Positions 15,711-26,272 of a stretch of DNA of 64,000 bases are shown piece after piece (positions within the stretch are counted from its first letter, which is position 1; every line of letters starts with the position of its first letter). Source of the DNA: Planctomycetota bacterium (GTDB lineage: Bacteria; Planctomycetota; JAJSAM01; JAJVHW01); contig JAJVHW010000002.1 of assembly GCA_022072415.1 (NCBI GenBank), forward strand, positions 591-64,590, read 5' to 3'. Below the pieces are notes generated by a model. That model ran no database searches. It saw only the letters and a list, made by a program, of their open reading frames with translations, and was not told the origin of the DNA. The position numbers and the translations under genes were made by a program.

Positions 15711-17432
15711 ATGACCGCCGCCGGATGGCTTCAGATCGCGGTGTACGTCGTCGCGCTCGCTGCGCTGACGAAACCGCTGGGAGCCTACATGTACCGCGCG
15801 TTCGAGACGGACGCGCGGCCGTGGCCGAGCGTCCTCGGACGCCTGGAGAACCTGTGCCTGCGCCTCTGCGGACCGCGCGCCGCGGAGGAGCAGACGTGGA
15901 CGGGCTACCTGGGTTCGCTGATGGCGTTCAGCGTCGTCGGGATCGTCGTCACGTTCGCGCTCCAGATGCTGCAGGGGGCGCTGCCCCTCAACCCGCAGGG
16001 ACTACCGGCCCCCTCGTGGCACCTGGCGCTCAACACCGCCGTCAGCTTCACGACGAACACCAACTGGCAGTCCTACGGCGGCGAGACCACGATGAGCTAC
16101 CTGACCCAGATGGCGGGTCTCGCGTGGCAGAACTTCGTCTCCGCCGCGGCCGGCATCGGAGTGGCCCTCGCCCTCGCCCGCGGCCTGACGCGGACGCCGG
16201 GCCCCTCCGGCTCGAAGACGCTCGGGAGCTTCTGGGCGGATCTCGTGCGCAGCACGGTGTACGTGCTGCTCCCGCTCAGCCTCGTCTGGGCGGTGGCCCT
16301 CGTCGCGTGCGGCGTCGTCCAGAACTTCTCCGCGTACGTCGAGGTGACGACCGTCGAGGGCGCGAAGCAGACGCTCGCGATGGGTCCCGCCGCGTCGCAG
16401 GTCGCGATCAAGCAGCTCGGCACGAACGGCGGCGGCTTCTTCAACGTGAACTCGGCGCACCCGTTCGAGAACCCGGGCGCCATCAGCAACTTCCTCCAGT
16501 GCCTCGCGATCCTCCTCATCCCGGCGGCGCTCACGCACACGTACGGGAAGATGGCGCGGGACACGCGCCAGGGGTGGGCGATCTTCACCGCGATGGCTGC
16601 GCTCTTCCTCGCGGGTCTCACGGCCTGCTACCTGGCCGAGTCGCAGCCGAACGCAGCGATCGCGGGTCTCGGCGTCGACCAGGCGGCCGGGAACCTGGAG
16701 GGCAAGGAGGTGCGCTTCGGCGTCGCGAACTCCGCCCTCTGGGCGACCGCGACGACCGCGGCGTCGAACGGTTCCGTCAACTCGATGCACGACAGCTACA
16801 CGCCGCTCGGGGGCCTCGTGCCGCTCCTCAACATCCAGCTCGGCGAGGTCGTCTTCGGCGGCGTCGGAGCCGGTCTCTACGGGATGCTGGTCTTCGTCCT
16901 GCTCTCCGTGTTCATCGCAGGCCTGATGGTCGGGCGGACGCCGGAGTACCTGGGGAAGAAGGTCGAGGCGCACGAGATGAAGGTCGTCACGGTCTACGTG
17001 CTCGTGTTCGCGCTGTTCGTCCTGGTGCCGGCGGCGTGGGCGAGCGTCGCGCCCGGCGGCCTGTCGTCCCTCGCCAACCGGGGCCCGCACGGACTCTCCG
17101 AGATCCTCTACGCATGCTCCAGCGCCGCGGGGAACAACGGCTCCGCGTTCGCCGGACTGAACGCGAACACGCCGTTCTGGAACTGCCTCCTCGCCGTCTG
17201 CATGTTCTTCGGGCGCTTCGCGATGATCGCGCCCTGCCTCGCGATCGCCGGGTCGATGGTCGGCAAGAAGACGTCTACGCCCGGCCTCGGCACGTTCCCC
17301 ACGCACGGGGGACTCTTCGCCACGCTGCTCGTGGGCGTCATCGTCATCGTCGGCGCCCTGACGTTCCTGCCCGCGCTGAGCCTCGGCCCGATCGTCGAGC
17401 ACTTCCTCGCCGCCGCCGGAAGGACCTACTGA
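15711..17432 (+). CDS. kdpA: potassium-transporting ATPase subunit A
   Basis: 573 aa and polytopic. Typical KdpA blocks are [29 protein letters not shown] and NNGSAFAGL. Confidence 0.95.
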   Translation: MTAAGWLQIAVYVVALAALTKPLGAYMYRAFETDARPWPSVLGRLENLCLRLCGPRAAEEQTWTGYLGSLMAFSVVGIVVTFALQMLQGALPLNPQGLPAPSWHLALNTAVSFTTNTNWQSYGGETTMSYLTQMAGLAWQNFVSAAAGIGVALALARGLTRTPGPSGSKTLGSFWADLVRSTVYVLLPLSLVWAVALVACGVVQNFSAYVEVTTVEGAKQTLAMGPAASQVAIKQLGTNGGGFFNVNSAHPFENPGAISNFLQCLAILLIPAALTHTYGKMARDTRQGWAIFTAMAALFLAGLTACYLAESQPNAAIAGLGVDQAAGNLEGKEVRFGVANSALWATATTAASNGSVNSMHDSYTPLGGLVPLLNIQLGEVVFGGVGAGLYGMLVFVLLSVFIAGLMVGRTPEYLGKKVEAHEMKVVTVYVLVFALFVLVPAAWASVAPGGLSSLANRGPHGLSEILYACSSAAGNNGSAFAGLNANTPFWNCLLAVCMFFGRFAMIAPCLAIAGSMVGKKTSTPGLGTFPTHGGLFATLLVGVIVIVGALTFLPALSLGPIVEHFLAAAGRTY

Positions 17433-17433
17433 G

Positions 17434-19485
17434 ATGAGCGTCCACCACCACGAGCGCCCGAGCCTCCTCTCGAAGGAGATCGTCCTCCCGGCGCTGCGAC
17501 AGTCGCTCGCGAAGCTGCACCCGCGGCACGTCGCGGGGAACCCCGTGATGTTCGTCGTCGAGGTCGGGTCGCTCCTGACGACGATCTGGTGCCTGCGCGA
17601 CGCGTTCGTCCCGGCTGCGGAGCGCTCGGCTCCGCTCTGGTTCAGCGTGAACGTGACCGCCTGGCTCTGGTTCACGGTCCTCTTCGCGAACTTCGCGGAG
17701 GCGATGGCCGAGGGACGCGGGAAGGCCCAGGCCGAGGCGCTCCGCAGGACGCGGCGCGACACGACCGCGCGGCGTCTCGCCGACGGACGCGAGGAGGAGG
17801 TCCCCTCCTCGTCCCTCCAGAAGGGGGACCTCGTCGTGGTCACCGCCGGAATGCTCATCCCGGGCGACGGCGACGTCGTCGAGGGGATCGCGTCGGTGGA
17901 CGAGTCGGCGATCACCGGCGAGTCCGCGCCGGTCATCCGCGAGAGCGGCGGCGACCGCTCCGCGGTCACCGGCGGCACCAAGGTGCTCTCCGACCGGATC
18001 GTCGTGCGGATCACGGCCGACCCGGGCCGGTCGTTCCTCGACCGGATGATCGCGCTCGTCGAGGGCGCCGAGCGCCAGAAGACGCCGAACGAGATCGCGC
18101 TCCACATCCTCCTGGTCGGGCTCACGATCGTCTTCCTGCTGGTGTGCGTGACGCTCGTGCCGTTCGCGCTCTACTCCGGAGTCGCCCTCTCGACGACCGC
18201 GATCGTGGCGCTGCTCGTCTGCCTCATCCCGACGACGATCGGCGGGCTCCTCTCCGCGATCGGCATCGCGGGGATGGACCGCCTCCTCGCGAAGAACGTC
18301 ATCGCGGTCAGCGGCCGCGCCGTCGAGGCGGCCGGCGACGTGGACACGCTCCTCCTCGACAAGACCGGCACGATCACCCTGGGCAACCGGATGGCGGTGG
18401 ATCTCGTCCCCGCGCCCGGCGTGGACGTGCGGCGGCTCGCCGAGGTCGCGGCGGCCGCCAGCGCGGCCGACGAGACGCCCGAGGGGCGCTCGATCGTCGA
18501 GCTCGTCCGGACGAAGCACGGACAGGCCCTGCCGGTGAAGCTCGACCGCGCGAAACCCGTGGCCTTCACCGCGCAGACGCGCATGAGCGGCGTCGACCTG
18601 GACGGCAGGGTGCTCCGCAAGGGCGCCGTGGACGCCGTCCGCGATCACGTCGCCGCCGCGGGCGGAGCGATGTCGCGCGAGATCGTCGAGGCCGCCGACC
18701 GGATCGGGGACCAGGGCGGAACGCCGCTCGCCGTCGCGGAAGGCAATCGCGTCCTCGGTCTCGTCCATCTGAAGGACGTGGTCAAGATGGGCATCCAGGA
18801 GCGCTTCGCGCGCCTTCGCGCGATGGGCATCCGGACCGTGATGGTCACGGGAGACAACCGCCGCACGGCGGCGTCGATCGCCAGGGAGGCCGGCGTCGAC
18901 GACTTCCTCGCCGAGGCAACTCCGGAGCGCAAGCTCGCGCTCATCAAGGAGGAGCAGGGGAAGGGCAAGCTGATCGCCATGACCGGCGACGGCACCAACG
19001 ACGCGCCCGCGCTCGCCCAGGCGGACGTGGGCGTCGCCATGAACACCGGCACGCAGGCCGCGAAGGAAGCCGGGAACATGGTCGATCTGGACAGCGACCC
19101 GACGAAGCTGCTGGAGGTCGTCGAGGTCGGGAAGCAGCTCCTCATGACGCGCGGCTGCCTGACGACCTTCTCGATCGCGAACGACGTCGCGAAGTACTTC
19201 GCGATCCTGCCGGCGATGTTCATGGCGGTCTTCCCGGAGATCGCGCCGCTCAACGTCATGGGGCTCGCGTCGCCCTACTCCGCGGTGCTCTCCGCCGTCG
19301 CCTTCAACGCGCTGATCATCGTCCTGCTGATCCCCCTCGCGCTCCGCGGCGTGAAGTACCGCCCGCTCGGCGCAGCGGCGCTCTTCCGACGCTCGATGCT
19401 CGTCTACGGGCTCGGCGGCGTCGTCGCGCCGTTCGTCGGGATCAAGCTCATCGATCTGGGCCTCGTGGCCCTGGGACTGGTGTGA
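17434..19485 (+). CDS. kdpB: potassium-transporting P-type ATPase subunit B
   Basis: The phosphorylation motif is DKTGTIT, with TGDN and [18 protein letters not shown] also present. Confidence 0.95.
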   Translation: MSVHHHERPSLLSKEIVLPALRQSLAKLHPRHVAGNPVMFVVEVGSLLTTIWCLRDAFVPAAERSAPLWFSVNVTAWLWFTVLFANFAEAMAEGRGKAQAEALRRTRRDTTARRLADGREEEVPSSSLQKGDLVVVTAGMLIPGDGDVVEGIASVDESAITGESAPVIRESGGDRSAVTGGTKVLSDRIVVRITADPGRSFLDRMIALVEGAERQKTPNEIALHILLVGLTIVFLLVCVTLVPFALYSGVALSTTAIVALLVCLIPTTIGGLLSAIGIAGMDRLLAKNVIAVSGRAVEAAGDVDTLLLDKTGTITLGNRMAVDLVPAPGVDVRRLAEVAAAASAADETPEGRSIVELVRTKHGQALPVKLDRAKPVAFTAQTRMSGVDLDGRVLRKGAVDAVRDHVAAAGGAMSREIVEAADRIGDQGGTPLAVAEGNRVLGLVHLKDVVKMGIQERFARLRAMGIRTVMVTGDNRRTAASIAREAGVDDFLAEATPERKLALIKEEQGKGKLIAMTGDGTNDAPALAQADVGVAMNTGTQAAKEAGNMVDLDSDPTKLLEVVEVGKQLLMTRGCLTTFSIANDVAKYFAILPAMFMAVFPEIAPLNVMGLASPYSAVLSAVAFNALIIVLLIPLALRGVKYRPLGAAALFRRSMLVYGLGGVVAPFVGIKLIDLGLVALGLV

Positions 19486-19487
19486 CC

Positions 19488-20093
19488 ATGATGCAGCACG
19501 TCTCGACTTCGCTCCGGACCGCCGCGGTGACGATCGTCCTCACCGTCGCCTACACGCTGGTGGTCACGGCGGTCGCGCAGCTCCTCCTGTCCCGCCAGGC
19601 GGACGGGAGCGTCATCACGGACCAGCGCGGCGGCGCGGTCGGATCCGAGCTCATCGGGCAGACCTTCACGGACGCGGCGTACGTCCACTCGCGTCCGTCC
19701 GCCGCCGGCGGCGGATACGACGCGGCGGCTTCGTCCGGCTCGAACCTCGGCACGACCTCGGCGGCGCTCCGCGAGAGAGTCTCGGCCGCCGTCGAGAAGC
19801 TCCGGGCCGCGAACCCGGACGCTCCCGGCCCGGTCCCCGCCGAGCTCGTCACCGCGTCGGGCAGCGGCCTCGACCCGCACATCTCGCCCGCGGCGGCCGA
19901 GTGGCAGATCCCGCGGATCGCCGCCGCGCGCAAGGTCGCGGTCGAGCGCGTGCGCGCGGTCGTCGCCGAGCACGTGGAGGGCCGCGCGCTCGGTCTCTTC
20001 GGCGAGCCGCGCGTCAACGTCCTCCGCCTGAACCGGGCGATGGACCAACGCTTCGGTCCGCCGCGCGGCGGCGCGAACATGTCTCCCAAGTGA
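19488..20093 (+). CDS. kdpC: potassium-transporting ATPase subunit C
   Basis: It has an N-terminal TM helix, SGSNLG and VTASGSGLDPHISP motifs. Confidence 0.9.
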   Translation: MMQHVSTSLRTAAVTIVLTVAYTLVVTAVAQLLLSRQADGSVITDQRGGAVGSELIGQTFTDAAYVHSRPSAAGGGYDAAASSGSNLGTTSAALRERVSAAVEKLRAANPDAPGPVPAELVTASGSGLDPHISPAAAEWQIPRIAAARKVAVERVRAVVAEHVEGRALGLFGEPRVNVLRLNRAMDQRFGPPRGGANMSPK

Positions 20094-21262
20094 CCCACGT
20101 CCCGACGCCTCCGCTCCGCCCCCGCTCCGAGGACTTCCTCGAGCTGGTCCAGCGCGCCAAGCGCGGACGGCTGAAGCTCTACATCGGCTTCGCGGCGGGC
20201 GTCGGGAAGACCTACCGCATGCTGGAGGAGGCCCACGCGCTGCGGAAGCGCGGCGTGGACGTCGTGCTCGCGTTCATCGAGACGCACGGCCGCACGGAGA
20301 CGCAGGCGCTGGTCGCGGGACTCGAGGTCGTGCCGCGCCGGCGGGTCGTCTACCGGGACGTCGCGGTCGAGGACATGGACCTCGACGCCGTGCTCGCGCG
20401 GCGCCCGCAGGTCGCCGTGGTGGACGAGATCCCGCACACGAACGTGCCGGGAGCGCGCCATCGCCGCCGCTGGGAGGACGTGGTCGAGCTCCTCGACGCG
20501 GGCATCAACGTCATCGGCGCGCTGAACATCCAGCACCTGGAGAGCCTGAAGGACCTCGTCGAACGCGCGACGGGCGTCGCGATCCGCGAGACGGTGCCGG
20601 ACGCCTTCCTGCGGAAGGCGGACCAGGTCGTCAACCTGGACCTCGCCGTCGAGGACCTTCTCGACCGCCTCCGCGCGGGGAGGATCTACGCGCCGGAGAA
20701 GGTGGCGCAGGCGCTCGGCGAGTTCTTCCGCGACGAGAACCTCCGCACGCTCCGCGAGCTCGCGCTGCGAGAGGTTGCGGAGAGCCTCGGACGGGAAGGG
20801 GACGACCGGTCGCCGTCGAGCCCCGACGAACGCGGCGGCGCGACCCGCGGGCGGATCCTCGTGTGCATCGCATCGCGCTCCCCGCGCGCGAACGAGCTTC
20901 TCCGCCGCGGATCGCGGGTCGCCGGCCGCCTGAACACCGACTGGTACGTGGCGTTCGTCGAGACCGCGAAGGAGTCGCCGACGACCATCGACGCGGAGAC
21001 GCAGCGGCACCTGATCGCCACCATCCAGCTCGCCCGCGACCTCGGCGCGGAAGTCGTGAGGCTCAAGGGACAGGATCCGGCGGCCACGATCCTCGACTTC
21101 GCGCGCGCGCACGGCGTCGGACACATCATCCTCGGGCGGTCCCGCAGGCCCTGGTGGCGCCGGCTGGTCGGTGGGTCCGTCGCGGACCGGCTGATCCGGG
21201 AGGGGCGCGAATTCGACGTGCAGCTCGTCGCGGACGCCGACGCCGCGGAGCCGCGCGGATGA
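20090..21262 (+). CDS. stand-alone KdpD N-terminal sensor domain plus USP domain protein (no kinase core)
   Basis: The GTG start overlaps the kdpC stop (GTGA). Motifs are LKLYIGFAAGVGKTYRML and NIQHLESL, then a USP-like half (ILVCI...GHIILGRS). It ends at 21262 with no TM or HisKA region. Confidence 0.85.
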   Translation: MTHVPTPPLRPRSEDFLELVQRAKRGRLKLYIGFAAGVGKTYRMLEEAHALRKRGVDVVLAFIETHGRTETQALVAGLEVVPRRRVVYRDVAVEDMDLDAVLARRPQVAVVDEIPHTNVPGARHRRRWEDVVELLDAGINVIGALNIQHLESLKDLVERATGVAIRETVPDAFLRKADQVVNLDLAVEDLLDRLRAGRIYAPEKVAQALGEFFRDENLRTLRELALREVAESLGREGDDRSPSSPDERGGATRGRILVCIASRSPRANELLRRGSRVAGRLNTDWYVAFVETAKESPTTIDAETQRHLIATIQLARDLGAEVVRLKGQDPAATILDFARAHGVGHIILGRSRRPWWRRLVGGSVADRLIREGREFDVQLVADADAAEPRG

Positions 21263-23097
21263 GCCTGCGCGCCAAGCTCCTCCTCGCCCAGGTGCCGCTG
21301 CTGGCGGCGCTCGTCCTCCTCGCAGTCGTCGCGATGACCGGGACCACCGCCGTGGCCCGCGCGTCCGACCGCATCCTCTTCGAGAACTACCGCACGGTCC
21401 TCTACGTGCAATCGATGAACGAAGCCGTGGAGCGCATCAACGAACTCGCAGGGACGGACCGGGGCGGCGCCGGCGCGGCAGACGCGCGCGAGCCCCACCG
21501 GAGCGCCTTCGAACTCGCCCTCGCCGGACAGGAGGACAACCTCACGGAGCCAGGCGAGGGGGAAGCGACGCGCGACCTGAGGTCCGCGTGGGAGGAGTGG
21601 CTCGGGGAGCTCGACGCCCTGCGGCGGACCGGGGACGCGGAGCGCGCGCAGGCGTTCGACGTGCGCGCGCGGCCGGTGTTCGTCCGCATCAAGGACTCGC
21701 TCGAGCGCCTGCGGACGCTCAACCAGGACGCCATGCGGCGGAAGAGCGAGGCGGCGCAGGCGACCGCGCGGCGCGTCGAGACGATCCTCGGCGTCGCCAC
21801 GGTCCTCGGCTGCGCCGCCGCGATCGCGGCGACCGTCCACCTGACCACGCGCATCCTCCGGCCGCTCGCCCTGCTCGGCGACACCGCGATGAAGATCGGG
21901 GACGGCGATCTCGCGGTGCGCGCGCAGGTCGGGGGACGGGACGAGATCGCCCGGCTCGCGGGACGGATCAACGACATGGCGGAGAAGCTCGCCCTCTACC
22001 GGAAGAGCACTCTCGGGGAGCTCCTCGAGGCGCAGGCCGCGATGCAGGCGGCGATCGACAGCCTCCCCGATCCCGTCGTCGTCATGGCCACCTCCGGCGA
22101 GCTCCTTCACCTCAACCTCGCCGCGGAGCGCGTCCTCGGCGTGGTTCCCGAGAAGGGCGCCGCCGCGTTCGACGCCATGTCCCCGCCTCTCCGGGAGGCG
22201 GTCGAGCGCATCCGGAAGCACGTCGTCTCCGGTCACGGCGCGTACACGCCGGCCGGGATCGAGGAGGCCATCCGCGTCGAGCCGCGTGACGCGGAGACGC
22301 ACCTCATCCTGTACGCCACGCCGGTCTACTCGCTGGACGGAGCGGTCGTCGCGACGACCGTGCTGTTCCAGGACGTGAGCCGGCTCATCCGGTCGGAGCG
22401 CCGCCACACCGATCTCCTCGCCACCGTCGCGCACGAGTTCCGCACGCCGCTCCAGTCCCTCGGCATCGCGATCCACATGTGCACGGAAGGCGCCGCCGGC
22501 GAGCTCACCGCGAAGCAGAACGACCTTCTCCATGCGGCACGCGACGACTGCGAACGGCTCGAGCGGCTCGTCGAGGAGTTCCTCCAGGTGGCGCACGTGG
22601 AGTCGGGCGAGACGCCCCAGCGGACGGCGCCCGTCGATCCGGAGGAACTCGTCCGCGCCACGATCGCCTCGCACGAGCGGGTCGCCGCGGAGCGCCAAGT
22701 GGCGCTCGAGGCGGAGGTCCTTCCGGACCTCCCGAAGGTGTCCGTGGACCGTGAGCGCGTGCTCGTCGCGGTGGACAACCTCGTCGTGAACGCGATCCGG
22801 TTCGCGCCGGAAGGGTCCGTGGTCACGGTGCGGGCAAGGACGGTGGGCGGCTCGATCCGCTTCGAGGTCGAGGACCGGGGACCCGGCGTCCCGCCGGAGT
22901 ACCGCGAGAGCATCTTCGAGCGGAACATCCGCGTGCCGGGGGCGCCGGGGAGCGGAGCGGGGATGGGACTCTACATCGCGCGCGAGAACGTGAAGTCGCA
23001 CGGCGGGAAGATCGGCGTCGAGTCGATGGTCGGCAGGGGGAGCACGTTCTGGATCGAGCTTCCGGCGGCGCCGGAGCCGGAAGCTCCCGCCGCGTGA
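21259..23097 (+). CDS. membrane histidine kinase (2 TM, HAMP, PAS, HisKA, HATPase)
   Basis: ATGA overlap with the preceding gene. The H-box is VAHEFRTPLQSL. The N/G boxes are DNLVVNAIRFAPEG, DRGPGVP and GAGMGLYIA. Confidence 0.9.
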   Translation: MSLRAKLLLAQVPLLAALVLLAVVAMTGTTAVARASDRILFENYRTVLYVQSMNEAVERINELAGTDRGGAGAADAREPHRSAFELALAGQEDNLTEPGEGEATRDLRSAWEEWLGELDALRRTGDAERAQAFDVRARPVFVRIKDSLERLRTLNQDAMRRKSEAAQATARRVETILGVATVLGCAAAIAATVHLTTRILRPLALLGDTAMKIGDGDLAVRAQVGGRDEIARLAGRINDMAEKLALYRKSTLGELLEAQAAMQAAIDSLPDPVVVMATSGELLHLNLAAERVLGVVPEKGAAAFDAMSPPLREAVERIRKHVVSGHGAYTPAGIEEAIRVEPRDAETHLILYATPVYSLDGAVVATTVLFQDVSRLIRSERRHTDLLATVAHEFRTPLQSLGIAIHMCTEGAAGELTAKQNDLLHAARDDCERLERLVEEFLQVAHVESGETPQRTAPVDPEELVRATIASHERVAAERQVALEAEVLPDLPKVSVDRERVLVAVDNLVVNAIRFAPEGSVVTVRARTVGGSIRFEVEDRGPGVPPEYRESIFERNIRVPGAPGSGAGMGLYIARENVKSHGGKIGVESMVGRGSTFWIELPAAPEPEAPAA

Positions 23098-24477
23098 TCA
23101 GTCGGTCTCGAGGCGCTTCTTCGTGCGCCACACCGTCGTCACGTCGATCCCCAGGATCCTCGCCGCCTCCGCCTGCGAACTCGCGCGCGCGAGGACCCGC
23201 TCGAAGTGCTCGCGCTCGATCTCCTTCATCGTGTGGTCTCCGCCGAGCGACACGCGCCTGGGGGCGGACCCCGTCGCCGCCTCGCGGATCCTCTCCGGCA
23301 ATGCGCCGAGCTCGACGACCTGCGCAGGCCACAGGATCGAGATCCGCTCCATCGCGTTCCGCAGTTCACGGACGTTCCCGGGCCACGGGTAGCGGCGGCA
23401 CGCCGCGGCGGCCTCGGCGGAGAGCTCCTGCGCGCGCCGCTTCGCCGCCCTCGCGAAGAACGCGAGGAACCCGTGCGCGAGCCGCACGACGTCCTCCTCG
23501 CGTTCGCGCAGCGGAGGAAGCGCGATCTCGATCACGTTGAGACGGTAGAGGAGATCCTCGCGGAACCGGCCCGCCCTGACCTCCGCGTCCAGGTCGCGGT
23601 TCGTCGCCGCGACGATGCGGACGTCGGCCGAACGCGTCCGCGATTCGCCGACGCGTTCGAACTGCCGCTCCTGGACGAACCGCAGGAGCTTGGCCTGGAG
23701 CGGCGGCGGCACCTCGGCGATCTCGTCGAGGAAGAGCGTGCCTCCGTCCGCCGCCTCCACCCTGCCGGGCTGGTCGGTGACGGCTCCGGTGTACGCGCCC
23801 TTCGCGTGACCGAAGAGTTCGCCCGTGAGGAGTTCTCCCGCGAGCGTAGGGCAGTTCACGACCGTGAACGGTCCCGTCCGCCGCGGGCTCCGGGCGTGGA
23901 TCGCGCGCGCGACCACTCCCTTGCCCGTGCCGCTCTCGCCGCGCAGCAGCACGGTCGCCTGCGAGTCCGCCGCCTGGAACGCCGTCTCCAGCGCCGCGCG
24001 CATCCTCTGCGACTCGGTCGTGAGGTCGTCCTGCGGGACCCCCTCGGCCACGCGCTGCTCGAGGTCCACGATCCGCGCGGAGAGGACCCTGCGCTCCAGC
24101 GCCTGGTTGACGACGTGGCGGACCTGCGCGGGCTTGAAGGGCTTCGCGACGTAGTCCCAGGCGCCCCGCTTCATCGCCTCGACCGCCGTGTCCACCTGGC
24201 CGAACGCCGTGATGATCACGACGAGCAGTCCCGGCCGCGCGGCGAGCAGTCTCGGAAGCACGTCCAGGCCGCTCTCCTCGGCGAGACGCAGGTCGAGGAA
24301 CGCGAGGTCGAAGGGCTCTGCGGCGACCGCGTCCACGGCGGCCGCCCCGGTCTCCGCGGCGCGCACCCTGCAGCCGACGGCCTCGAGGCACGCCGCCAGG
24401 GTCGTGCGGATGTTCCGGTCATCGTCGACGACGAGGGCGTGGAGCCCTCTCCCGACGTCTGCGTGCGCGAAGGTCAC
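23098..24477 (-). CDS. sigma-54-dependent response regulator (NtrC family enhancer-binding protein)
   Basis: The receiver domain has ALVVDDD...DLRL. The AAA+ domain has GESGTGKG, a GAYTGA variant of the GAFTGA loop, and DEI. A C-terminal Fis-type HTH is present ([19 protein letters not shown]). The start is uncertain. GTG 24477 was chosen because the longer ORF runs into a repeat element. Confidence 0.85.
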   Translation of the reverse strand: MTFAHADVGRGLHALVVDDDRNIRTTLAACLEAVGCRVRAAETGAAAVDAVAAEPFDLAFLDLRLAEESGLDVLPRLLAARPGLLVVIITAFGQVDTAVEAMKRGAWDYVAKPFKPAQVRHVVNQALERRVLSARIVDLEQRVAEGVPQDDLTTESQRMRAALETAFQAADSQATVLLRGESGTGKGVVARAIHARSPRRTGPFTVVNCPTLAGELLTGELFGHAKGAYTGAVTDQPGRVEAADGGTLFLDEIAEVPPPLQAKLLRFVQERQFERVGESRTRSADVRIVAATNRDLDAEVRAGRFREDLLYRLNVIEIALPPLREREEDVVRLAHGFLAFFARAAKRRAQELSAEAAAACRRYPWPGNVRELRNAMERISILWPAQVVELGALPERIREAATGSAPRRVSLGGDHTMKEIEREHFERVLARASSQAEAARILGIDVTTVWRTKKRLETD

Positions 24478-24491
24478 GACGCCAAGCGTAA

Positions 24492-24525
24492 GGCGTCGTC
24501 CCGGAACACCTGACACACTTCGTCA
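24492..24525 (+). repeat. solo copy of the 34-bp terminal inverted repeat family (GGCGTCGTCCCGgAACAcCTGACACACTTCGTCA)
   Basis: It has two mismatches to the reverse complement of 25657-25690. It is flanked on the left by TAA. Confidence 0.85.
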
Positions 24526-24649
24526 TGCCGCGGGACCCGGAGGGCCGTGACGCACGGCCGATCGGCGGCGCCGGTCCGCCCGGGCGTGGCGCCCCACGAC
24601 GGCACCGCAGCGGAGACCGCGCCCGCGGGCGCCGGGAGGCGGACGTCCC

Positions 24650-25369
24650 CTACCCCTGGAACCTGCGCCAGTCCTCGATCGACTTCATCCGGAACACGTG
24701 GTTCCTGCGGCGGGTCTCGCCCATCGTGGCCGACGGTTCCCGCGAGTACAGGTGGCCGGGGTAGAGGACCGTGTCGTCGGGGAGCGCCGCGAGGCGCTGG
24801 TGGAGGCTCCGGTACATCTCGTCGGAGTCGCCGCCGGGGAAGTCGGTGCGGCCGCAGCCCTCGAGGAAGAGCGTGTCCCCCGCCACGAGGCGGTTGCCGA
24901 CGACGAAGCACTGGCTGCCGGGCGTGTGGCCGGGCGTGTGCATGAGACGGATCTCGACGTCTCCCGCGCGGACGACATCGCCGCTCTCGTGCGGCGTGAG
25001 GTCCGTCGCGCCGAGTCCGAGGCTCCGCCGGATCCACGGCGCCTCCTCGCGGTGGCAGTGGATCGGCATCGGATTCGTGCGCAGGAGTTCGGGCAGGCCC
25101 TCGACGTCGCACATTCCCATCAGGTCGCCGCCCACGTGATCGGGGTGATGGTGCGTCGCGAGCGCGCCGACGAGTTTCATCCCGTCGCGCCCGGCGATCG
25201 CCGCGAGGTCGGCGATCTTCCAGGCCGGGTCCACGACCACGCACTCGCGCGACTCCGTGTCGCCGATCAGGTAGACGAAGTTCACCATGTCGGCCGCGCC
25301 GTGCACGCCGCGCGCGAAGTCGCGGCCGGCGAGGAGCTGGCGGAAGTAGAGGCGGTCGGTCGTGGACAT
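24650..25369 (-). CDS. MBL-fold metallo-hydrolase (glyoxalase II-like)
   Basis: The HHHPDHVGG metal motif is present, with HTPGHTPGS and a C-terminal YPGH. Confidence 0.85.
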   Translation of the reverse strand: MSTTDRLYFRQLLAGRDFARGVHGAADMVNFVYLIGDTESRECVVVDPAWKIADLAAIAGRDGMKLVGALATHHHPDHVGGDLMGMCDVEGLPELLRTNPMPIHCHREEAPWIRRSLGLGATDLTPHESGDVVRAGDVEIRLMHTPGHTPGSQCFVVGNRLVAGDTLFLEGCGRTDFPGGDSDEMYRSLHQRLAALPDDTVLYPGHLYSREPSATMGETRRRNHVFRMKSIEDWRRFQG

Positions 25370-25455
25370 GCGGGCCCTTGCTGCGGCGCTCGGCCGCTGC
25401 GTGCATGGAACGAGGCCGGCGTCCGTCCGTCAACTTGCGGCGGCGGGATCGGTTA

Positions 25456-25690
25456 GGCGTCGTCCCGAAACAAGTGACACACTTGGCCGCGATGCAGCGA
25501 GCCGGCTGCAAGGCGGGCGAGCGGCGCAAACTCAACGGAGAGAGTTGCGGCGCGAGCCCAACGCAGCAGACGGCCGTTGCATCGCGGCAGCTTGCTGGCG
25601 CGCGGCTTGCGCGACCGGACCGCTGGATCCGCACGAACGGACCGTCGCAAGCCGCGTGACGAAGTGTGTCAGTTGTTTCGGGACGACGCC
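25456..25690. mobile_element. MITE-like non-autonomous element (235 bp) with about 30-bp terminal inverted repeats and TTA target duplication
   Basis: The left end is GGCGTCGTCCCGAAACAAgTGACACACTT and the right end is its reverse complement. TTA lies at 25453-25455 and 25691-25693. An internal 10-bp inverted repeat CCGCGATGCA/TGCATCGCGG lies at 25487-25496 and 25578-25587. It has no coding capacity. Confidence 0.75.
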
Positions 25691-25704
25691 TTAGTCTCCT
25701 CGCG

Positions 25705-26214
25705 ATGCGAGCCGCCGCGATCCTCCCGATCCTCCTCGTCGCGTGCGGCGGACTTCCCGATCCCGTCTGGAGCGCGGAGTCGCCTCCCGAATCCGGGGCG
25801 TGGACGACCCTCCCTGCGCCGCCTCCGTGGGTCGAATGCGGGCCCGCGCTGGGCGATGCGCCCGACGGCACGATCCGCTTCGTCGTCGATGCGCGCTCGA
25901 ACATGCGGAACATCGCCGCGGTGAAGGGCGGCAGCGCCCGCCAGATCGAGATGCACCTCCAGAGATCGCTCGCTCCGGCGGTCGGCGAGGTGGACGCCGC
26001 GCGCGCAGCTTCGGCGGGCGCCGCGGCGGCGAAGCTCGTCGAGCGGGCGGCGAAGGACGAATGGCTCACGCGGAATCCGGTGCCCGGAAACACACTGTCC
26101 ACGGTGTGGACGCTCTGCGAGGTGCCGGAGTCCGCGGTGCTCGACGCCGTTCCGGCGGATCTCCGCGATGCCGCGCGCGCAGCGCTCGTCCGCCGGGCCG
26201 CCGCCCCGAAGTGA
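25705..26214 (+). CDS. hypothetical lipoprotein
   Basis: Starts MRAAAILPILLVACGG (lipobox). The ATG lies 14 nt after the MITE end. Confidence 0.55.
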   Translation: MRAAAILPILLVACGGLPDPVWSAESPPESGAWTTLPAPPPWVECGPALGDAPDGTIRFVVDARSNMRNIAAVKGGSARQIEMHLQRSLAPAVGEVDAARAASAGAAAAKLVERAAKDEWLTRNPVPGNTLSTVWTLCEVPESAVLDAVPADLRDAARAALVRRAAAPK

Positions 26215-26272
26215 TCCGCCGCGACTCGGCGGGCAGGGTGGTCCGGGTGCGGACAGGGTGCCGCGGGCCCCG

